Positions 56,934 through 64,000 of a DNA stretch of 64,000 nucleotides are shown one piece after another. Numbering within the stretch: position 1 is the stretch's first letter; each line of letters opens with the position of its first letter. Source of the DNA: Tortispora ganteri (Eukaryota). The stretch covers positions 1 through 64,000 of the forward strand of contig PPNB01000012.1 in NCBI GenBank assembly GCA_003707115.1, written 5' to 3'. The notes below the pieces were generated by a model. The model did no database searches. It had not been told where the DNA came from and saw only the letters and a program-made list of their open reading frames with translations. The position numbers and the translations under genes were made by a program.

Positions 56934-58736
56934 TTAGTTTGTGTATCGATATGAGGGGAAGAAGTCGCCCATGTTTGTTCGATTAACGTATGGGTAAAGG
57001 TATCGGTAGTCTCTTCGACCTTTCTCTCTATTGCGATTCTCTCTAACAAAAAGGATTGCTTGTAAAGACACTAACATGAGACTAAATATGCAAAGGCACA
57101 ACACAATCACAGTTATTCGGTGTATGCCTGCACTAGATGAACTCATAGATGATAATAACAACTTGGCAATTAACGTCATAAACGTGTCAAATATAATAAC
57201 CACCGCAGCCACAATCAATATCTTCAACTTGCCCGAACAGTTCTTCATTGCCCAGGCAAGGATCAAAGACAAGCTGACCAAGTTGCTTGCGTTCACAAGG
57301 ATAATCATCGCATAAAGAATGGATTCGCTGTCAGTTACAGAAGGTGCACTAGTCTCGCCTAACGCATACTGCAAAAACGTGTTCCCATAAATAATGAAAC
57401 CCCAGCCTATTATACCCATGGCAATAGCTATCAGCAGAAACGGAAAGAGAACGCCTGTGCGAACAGTCATTTTGCTGACAATAATAGAAACAATTAGTGC
57501 GAATAATATTGGAAAAAATGTGAGTACTGTAGAAATACCAACCAAGGCAGTGATGAATGCAGGAATAAGCCGTCCAGCTGTTTTTAGCATGTAGGGTGAA
57601 ACAATAGCAGTGTATCGCGTGATGCAAATAGCTGAAAATCTGCTAATCCCATACGATAGCGTGAGAATATACACTTTAGGATCCTGAAAAATAGATTTGA
57701 AAGCAAAGACCGAGATCTTGTTCATTTCACAAGGGCCATTATGATGGTTCTGGCGGTATTTTACATAATTTATTCCCTTTTCAAGAAGAAAAATGGCTTT
57801 CTGAGCATAGCCAGACATAAACACAAGTGTCAGTGCACTAATAACGGTACCAATCCCGCCTAAAATAGTAAATAGCCAGCGCCAACCGTCTCTTTCCGAC
57901 AGACTATCAATCCAGCGAGAGATATCGTGAAACCAGCCACTAACGGCGCTTGATACACCCAAGATTCCTTGTATAGCAGCTGAGCGCAACACGACATCAT
58001 CACCCTGATAATTCATTCCAATTGTGCTAGCAATTCCGGTCATGGCGGCGCCTTCACCAGCTCCTTGCAAGGCTGCGAGAGGCAGTATTTGATTTGGGCT
58101 ATTAACGGCACTCATGCCGAGATAAGCGGCGGAAACACCTAGCGCTGAAACTGGTAACACATAAGAGGAATCAAACATAAAATAGGGGATTGTCGCAATA
58201 ATAGACCCACCCATTCGAGATAGGTAAAAAGCGAGTAATGTAACAACGTCATCACCAGCCGGGATCGGTTCGTCACACCAGTTCGAACGGTAGCCAAACA
58301 TATTAAAGTTGTTGTTTCCCAAGCCTACAAAAATTGTTAATGCAAGAAGTCCAAGAAGCGAATTGAGATCGTTGGCGCTGTTCACATCTGAGGTGACACC
58401 GTTATCTCCGAGAAGATCATTGTCGAAGCCAGTACCGTTGGACGAGTCTGGGTCACCATTGTCTTCGGCGTTCAAATCGTCTTCATCATCAACGTCAAAG
58501 TTGATCTGTGAGGCATTGTCATTTATTACCGCGTTTGTGTCTTCAATGTCGGCGTCAACGTCCTGTTCGGCGTTGTTTGCATCTGTTGAATTGCCGGCGC
58601 CAGTGCCAGTACCAGCGCCTGCGCCCGCGGTATCTGCGGCAGCACTTGCGCCTAGAAGCAGACTTTCCACGCCCAGAAGCACATCGGGTATAAATGCCAC
58701 TCCTTTTGCAGACTTGTATTTTTCTTCGATCGACAT
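56934..58736 (-). CDS. Highly diverged MFS transporter, anion:cation symporter (Dal5/Tna1-like) family
   Basis: About 12 hydrophobic segments, DGWRWLF, FQDPKVY, LAWAMKN..G..K, and C-terminal RENRNRE..GD.FPSYRY. ATG at 58736. Confidence 0.7.
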   Translation of the reverse strand: MSIEEKYKSAKGVAFIPDVLLGVESLLLGASAAADTAGAGAGTGTGAGNSTDANNAEQDVDADIEDTNAVINDNASQINFDVDDEDDLNAEDNGDPDSSNGTGFDNDLLGDNGVTSDVNSANDLNSLLGLLALTIFVGLGNNNFNMFGYRSNWCDEPIPAGDDVVTLLAFYLSRMGGSIIATIPYFMFDSSYVLPVSALGVSAAYLGMSAVNSPNQILPLAALQGAGEGAAMTGIASTIGMNYQGDDVVLRSAAIQGILGVSSAVSGWFHDISRWIDSLSERDGWRWLFTILGGIGTVISALTLVFMSGYAQKAIFLLEKGINYVKYRQNHHNGPCEMNKISVFAFKSIFQDPKVYILTLSYGISRFSAICITRYTAIVSPYMLKTAGRLIPAFITALVGISTVLTFFPILFALIVSIIVSKMTVRTGVLFPFLLIAIAMGIIGWGFIIYGNTFLQYALGETSAPSVTDSESILYAMIILVNASNLVSLSLILAWAMKNCSGKLKILIVAAVVIIFDTFMTLIAKLLLSSMSSSSAGIHRITVIVLCLCIFSLMLVSLQAILFVRENRNREKGRRDYRYLYPYVNRTNMGDFFPSYRYTN

Positions 58737-59526
58737 TAGTGAAGAATTGTGAATTCTATGGAGTGCAACAAGTTGGTACCGTTCAGGGTAGGCCCGCAAT
58801 AGAGCACGAATTTTCAAGTATTAATGCATTGTACCCTTGATCAATTTTCAGCTATCAAATCGCTAAGACCACGGGTCCAAAAAGAAGGCTGTTATTTAAC
58901 ATCAAGTTGACGCTTTGGGCCAATAAATATAACCCTTTGTTACTAAGATGAGATTTTCGTAATTGACGCGATCGGAAGTGTAGCGCATATGCAGTCACGT
59001 GGTGTGGTTCAAAGGCGCAACAGACTAAAAAACTCTTTGAATAATAATGCAAGCAGAAAAAGAAATAACCTGACTGCACATAAATGCCACTATTTTGCTT
59101 GTATATTGTTGGTTATTCAACTTGACCAAAAAAAAGGAACATAGCAATCTCATTATCGATATGGTAAATAACAATTACCCTAACCCTATTTATTTGTCCC
59201 AATTTAAATTACGTGCCGTGACACACCTTTTATTTCGGACATACAAGATTTTTACTAGAACCCCCCTTGGAAGAAAAGTAAACACCCTAAAAAGTGGCTT
59301 CATTCAGGGCCCACGAGTCAATAGCTTAAACGACAAATCTAAAAATATTTCATACATTTGTTCTAGAAATAAACTTTGTGTTTGGCTGAGAACAAGAAAC
59401 TAGAATTTGCTCTTTCGGCGCATCTTCAACGTCAGACTTTTACTTATCCTCCCCCAAGCCTAGTTGCTTTCTTTTCTACTAAAAGTTCACACTTTCGCAT
59501 ACTAATTCAATTCCAGCAATTATAAA

Positions 59527-62500
59527 ATGTCTGGATTATCTCGAGGATTTTCGCTGAGGTCTCTTCGCCATAGTAGAGATCCTCAGGAATCACAAGAAGA
59601 ACAACCTGTACTCCCCCGCGATAACTCAGGTTCTTCCATCACGCGCAGAAAAACTCTGGTTCGCCCCGAACGATCTCGTCGCGATGACGAGCACAATCCA
59701 CACTACCATTATGAGCAGATGGCTCAACAGCATCACATGAACGTTCTACCTTCGACTACTGGCTATGATCCGATGCTCGTGGACAACCACCAGCATGCGC
59801 GAAATGCATACAACCCAAGCCCGTTGAGATTCTCCGCAGTCGATCACGATGATGCTGATCTTGCAGGAAATGATATCTATCGCCGCCAAAATTATCCCGA
59901 TCTAAACTATGCAGACAATATCTCCGAGTCTTACTCACAGGCACAGGGTGAACCACAAAATCTAGCCCGTCTCGCTGTCTTGGACTACCTCTCCCCAGCA
60001 AATGACATTCGCTTAAAAAACAAATCCACTTCGCCATATTCACAAAACACTACCCCTAATGATCCAGGACAACGCTCTACGACTGCTAAGTCAAAATCCT
60101 CTAAAAGCAAATCTAAAGAGCACCCCAGCATGCCTTCTCCTTGGCTCTTGTACTGCAATATCATCACCTTCTTCATTCCCGGAAGCTTGCTGAAGCTTTT
60201 TGGCATGCCTAACAAAGCGCAACAGTCTGCTTGGAGAGAAAAAATAGGTCTCATATCTTTAATTATCGTCATCGCTGCCTTAGTTGGTTTCCTCACCTTT
60301 GGTTTTACACAGACTGTCTGCGGTACCAATGAAGTACGCATTCGCAATGGTAACATCAATTCTGGATATTTGATCATTCACGGTAGAGCTTATGATCTAA
60401 CAAGGTCTTCACATCCTGGAGCTCCAGGCATACCTAGCGGCTCTAATATTTTATACCCACCCGTGAATGCTGGTGGCATGGACGCTTCCTTCCTCTTTCA
60501 GAATGTTAATGGGGCGTGCAAGGGACTCATTACTCCCAAACCGGATTCCACTATTCCTTCAAATTCTGATGGAGACGTTGCTTGGTATTTTCCGTGTAAA
60601 CTCCGCGACCAGAGCGGTACAACACCTGTCAATAACTCGTTTGAATATTACTCCGGGTATGCTTGTCATTTGTCGGAGGCAGGTCGAAATGCATACTACG
60701 ACCTTAAAGTGACAGGAGAGGTTTATTTTACATGGGAAGATATTAAAGACCCCAACAGAGATTTGATTGTCTATTCAGGTACGGTAATTGATCTTTCCGT
60801 GTTGGATTGGCTCGACACCGGAAACCTCTCCTACCCAGAAGTCTTTAACGCTCTTCGAGAATCTTCTGATATGAAGGGCACCGATGTTAGTTTACTTTTA
60901 ACCTCAGGGCAAGACCGCCAAGTTGCTAAATGTTTAATGGAAATCGCACGTGCTGGATCCATTGATTCAGATACAGTCGGATGCATCGCTTCTCAAGTCG
61001 TTCTGTATGTATCTCTAGTGTTTATTGTTTCAGTTGTGCTGATTAAGTTTTTGTTTGCTGTTTTCTTTGCGTGGGTGTGGTCTTACAGGCTTATGGGTAA
61101 GCGATCTAAGGATTTTGCTGCCCTTAAATCTCGTGATGATGAAATTGAGGAGTGGACGAATGATATATATCAACCTGCCCCTCATCTTCCTACACCTTAT
61201 GCAATGGAAAATAGAGGAAATGTTTCAGGACAGAAGAGAAAATTCTTCCCGAGCAGTTCTCGCTTTTCTACTTACGATGGAAGTGGAAATCGGAATAGTG
61301 TGTACGGAGGCAGTAGCGAGAAGGGCTCCCGGACTCAACTTACCACTATGGCTAATCAATTCCAGTCTTCAACTACCAGACTTTTGGGTAATAACTCGCC
61401 TAATGCATCCAGACCAAACTCAGTATTTGGTGGATCCATGGATTACAGACCTCCCAGTGTTTTGGGTAACCAATCTGCATATGGATATAGTATTCACAAT
61501 TCATCAGATAATGGTTCCATTGGCGGTGGCACTATTCAGCCTGGCCAGTATGACCCTACACAAGCTCCCTGTGGTTTTATTCATGAAGGTGTTATTCCTC
61601 AACCACCAGTAGAGTACCAACCTTTTGGCTTTCCGCTTGCACATTCTTTAATCCTCGTCACAGCCTATTCTGAATCAGAAGAAGGTATTAGAACAACCCT
61701 TGACTCTGTTGCTACTACTGATTATCCTAATTCGCATAAACTTCTGTTTGTTGTCTGTGATGGTATGATTAAAGGATCTGGAAATTCAAAGAGCACTCCT
61801 GATATTTGTCTGTCTATGATGCAAGATCTTATAATTCCCGAGAACTTGGTTGTGCCTTACTCTTATGTTGCTGTTGCATCTGGATCAAAAAGACACAATA
61901 TGGCGAAGGTTTATGCTGGATTTTACAAGTACGATGATATGACAGTTCCACTTGATAAGCAGCAACGAATACCGATGATATTGATTGTTAAGTGTGGTAC
62001 ACCTGAAGAAAGTACTATGTCCAAACCTGGTAACCGCGGAAAACGTGATTCTCAAGTTATACTTATGAGTTTCTTGCAGAAAGTAACGTTTGATGATCGT
62101 ATGACACAACTTGAATACGAGATTTTCAATGGAATATGGCGCATTACGGGATTATCTCCTGATTATTATGAAGTTGTTTTGATGGTTGACGCTGATACGA
62201 AAGTGTTCCCGGATTGTATGAATCATATGGTTGCTGCAATGGTGCACGATCCTACAATTATGGGTTTATGTGGAGAGACTAAAATTGCCAATAAGATGGC
62301 TTCTTATGTTACGATGATCCAGGTGTTTGAATACTATATCTCTCATCATCAAACCAAAGCATTTGAATCTGTTTTTGGTGGTGTTACATGTCTACCTGGT
62401 TGTTTTTCGATGTACCGCATCAAGGCACCTAAGGGATCTGAAGGCTATTGGGTACCAATTCTGGCGAATCCTGATATTGTGGACAAGTACTCTGGAAATG

Positions 62501-63309
62501 TTGTCGATACACTGCACAAAAAGAATCTATTACTTTTGGGAGAGGATCGTTACTTATCAACGCTGATGTTGCGAACGTTCCCTAAAAGGAAACAAGTTTT
62601 TGTTCCTCAGGCGGTTTGCAAAACAGTTGTACCTGATAAGTTGAAAATCTTGATGTCTCAGCGCCGACGCTGGATCAATTCTACTGTGCACAATCTTATG
62701 GAGCTAATTCTTGTACGAGACTTGTGTGGTGTGTTCTGCATATCTATGCAATTTGTGGTATTTATTGAACTAATCGGAACATTAGTTTTACCTGCAGCTC
62801 TTGCCTTTACATTCTATGTTGTTGTCATTGCTATTGTCAAGAGACCTGTGCCGATTATCTCGCTTGTTTTACTGGCATTGATTCTAGGTTTGCCCGGAGT
62901 GCTGATTATTGTTACGGCTAAGAGATGGTCATATGTGTTGTGGATGCTCATATATCTTTCTGCGCTACCCGTCTGGAATATCTTGCTGCCATTGAACGCA
63001 TATTGGAAGTTTGACGATTTCAGCTGGGGTGAGACAAGGACCATTCAAGGCGAAGAAGGTAAAGGACACGATACGGCGGATGGAGAATTTGACCATTCTA
63101 AGATAATTATGCGCACATGGAGAGAGTTTGAAATGGATCGCATTGAAGCAGCGAAGAACGCAGATGATCCATTCCCTGATCGGGAATATGTTTATGATCC
63201 GAATGCTCCAAGATGGCACGAGAATATTGTGATTCCATCTCGCACCGACTATGACTATGACGATTGGGATTCGTTTGCTGACTCTGTTCACCGTAGAGAC
63301 AGTACATAA
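59527..63309 (+). CDS. CHS3: Class IV chitin synthase
   Basis: [18 protein letters not shown], cytochrome-b5-like domain, [44 protein letters not shown]. Confidence 0.97.
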   Translation: MSGLSRGFSLRSLRHSRDPQESQEEQPVLPRDNSGSSITRRKTLVRPERSRRDDEHNPHYHYEQMAQQHHMNVLPSTTGYDPMLVDNHQHARNAYNPSPLRFSAVDHDDADLAGNDIYRRQNYPDLNYADNISESYSQAQGEPQNLARLAVLDYLSPANDIRLKNKSTSPYSQNTTPNDPGQRSTTAKSKSSKSKSKEHPSMPSPWLLYCNIITFFIPGSLLKLFGMPNKAQQSAWREKIGLISLIIVIAALVGFLTFGFTQTVCGTNEVRIRNGNINSGYLIIHGRAYDLTRSSHPGAPGIPSGSNILYPPVNAGGMDASFLFQNVNGACKGLITPKPDSTIPSNSDGDVAWYFPCKLRDQSGTTPVNNSFEYYSGYACHLSEAGRNAYYDLKVTGEVYFTWEDIKDPNRDLIVYSGTVIDLSVLDWLDTGNLSYPEVFNALRESSDMKGTDVSLLLTSGQDRQVAKCLMEIARAGSIDSDTVGCIASQVVLYVSLVFIVSVVLIKFLFAVFFAWVWSYRLMGKRSKDFAALKSRDDEIEEWTNDIYQPAPHLPTPYAMENRGNVSGQKRKFFPSSSRFSTYDGSGNRNSVYGGSSEKGSRTQLTTMANQFQSSTTRLLGNNSPNASRPNSVFGGSMDYRPPSVLGNQSAYGYSIHNSSDNGSIGGGTIQPGQYDPTQAPCGFIHEGVIPQPPVEYQPFGFPLAHSLILVTAYSESEEGIRTTLDSVATTDYPNSHKLLFVVCDGMIKGSGNSKSTPDICLSMMQDLIIPENLVVPYSYVAVASGSKRHNMAKVYAGFYKYDDMTVPLDKQQRIPMILIVKCGTPEESTMSKPGNRGKRDSQVILMSFLQKVTFDDRMTQLEYEIFNGIWRITGLSPDYYEVVLMVDADTKVFPDCMNHMVAAMVHDPTIMGLCGETKIANKMASYVTMIQVFEYYISHHQTKAFESVFGGVTCLPGCFSMYRIKAPKGSEGYWVPILANPDIVDKYSGNVVDTLHKKNLLLLGEDRYLSTLMLRTFPKRKQVFVPQAVCKTVVPDKLKILMSQRRRWINSTVHNLMELILVRDLCGVFCISMQFVVFIELIGTLVLPAALAFTFYVVVIAIVKRPVPIISLVLLALILGLPGVLIIVTAKRWSYVLWMLIYLSALPVWNILLPLNAYWKFDDFSWGETRTIQGEEGKGHDTADGEFDHSKIIMRTWREFEMDRIEAAKNADDPFPDREYVYDPNAPRWHENIVIPSRTDYDYDDWDSFADSVHRRDST

Positions 63310-63380
63310 TTCATCACTGGCTAACGTCTATTAATTAAATTTAAAATATGCATTATTTCTTGCAGTAGAGATATGTAGGG

Positions 63381-63938
63381 TCACATAACTGGCATGAAAC
63401 TGAACGCTGACAGGCCGTCAGGTAGCGTTTTCTTCACAATAGTATGGTTTTCAAGAAGCGTAGCTGCAGCTGGGTTTGCTGATAAGCCTTTTATGGAACC
63501 ACCATCATTGTAAGAGTCAGCACAAAGATAAATCATGGCGTGACTAGAGGACCTGAAGCGAGCGAGTGCTTTTGGCGAAAGAGGCATGAGTGATGCGAAT
63601 ACGCCTATTGATTTTTCAGTTTCGCGACCCAGAACACCTTCCAGTTCGCGAATATTGATCTCACCTGGTTTTTTTGAAGTTGCTTTGCATTGAACAACTA
63701 TTTTAATGTGTTTCCAATTCCCTCTGAGATCTATACCGTGATCGCCGCCGCCGCCGACAATGAACAGATCAAACCCTAGCGGTTTAAGTGCGTCACGAAC
63801 AGTATGTTCAAAGAGTGTACCCTTGTAGACCTGAGAGTCATCAATTCCATGCATTTTTGCATACTGTGCGTATTCTTGTGCGGAATTAAAGTTTTTGAGC
63901 TTTGCCGATGAAGAGTGGCGGACCACTAAGCGTGCCAT
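63381..63938 (-). CDS. RRG7: Mitochondrial restriction-endonuclease-like protein Rrg7 (DUF2034/Mrr_cat-like)
   Basis: VYKGTLFE, VGGGGDHGIDLRG.W, VVQCK, IRELEG; N-terminal presequence-like VRHSS. Confidence 0.8.
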   Translation of the reverse strand: MARLVVRHSSSAKLKNFNSAQEYAQYAKMHGIDDSQVYKGTLFEHTVRDALKPLGFDLFIVGGGGDHGIDLRGNWKHIKIVVQCKATSKKPGEINIRELEGVLGRETEKSIGVFASLMPLSPKALARFRSSSHAMIYLCADSYNDGGSIKGLSANPAAATLLENHTIVKKTLPDGLSAFSFMPVM

Positions 63939-64000
63939 GGTGTTTGACCTGATCTGCGTAGGTGTGTGTCGAGAGAGTAACAGTGAAGCTTTACAGAACC

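Overview
Compact budding-yeast (Saccharomycotina) genomic DNA. Introns are short, of the GTAAGT...ACTAAC/T...YAG type; a Dipodascomycetes-type yeast such as Wickerhamiella/Starmerella is a guess only. The window has two compartments. (1) Bases 1-36.3 kb are accessory and probably subtelomeric. They hold a tandem array of three Ser-rich adhesin-like genes with degenerate GLEYA/PA14-like domains (third copy has a nonsense codon), a possible tyrosine-recombinase relic and an ADH6-like pseudogene. A catabolic island follows. Module A is an SMP-30 lactonase, C2H2 TF, RidA, esterase and NCS1 permease; its promoters share a GTGGG(A) motif and two are GATA-rich. Module B is three AlcS-type acetate-transporter copies (one dead), two Baeyer-Villiger monooxygenases and a Zn2Cys6 TF, with Mig1/CreA-type sites. 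(2) After an intron-containing tRNA-Pro(CGG) comes a dense core-gene block: RRP4, DUF3844, TMEM14, OST2, HAP3, CMK, CBS protein, CIA1, ZRC1, PIC2, WD40, SKT5, MFS, CHS3, RRG7. The most striking item lies in this block: an intact 685-aa LTR-less, Gag-less Ty3/gypsy Pol derivative (39168-41225). Its RT and integrase look catalytically dead, its four RNase H acidic residues appear retained, and it starts with a mitochondrial-presequence-like peptide, making it a candidate domesticated retroelement gene. All calls come from motif recognition by eye; no searches were run.
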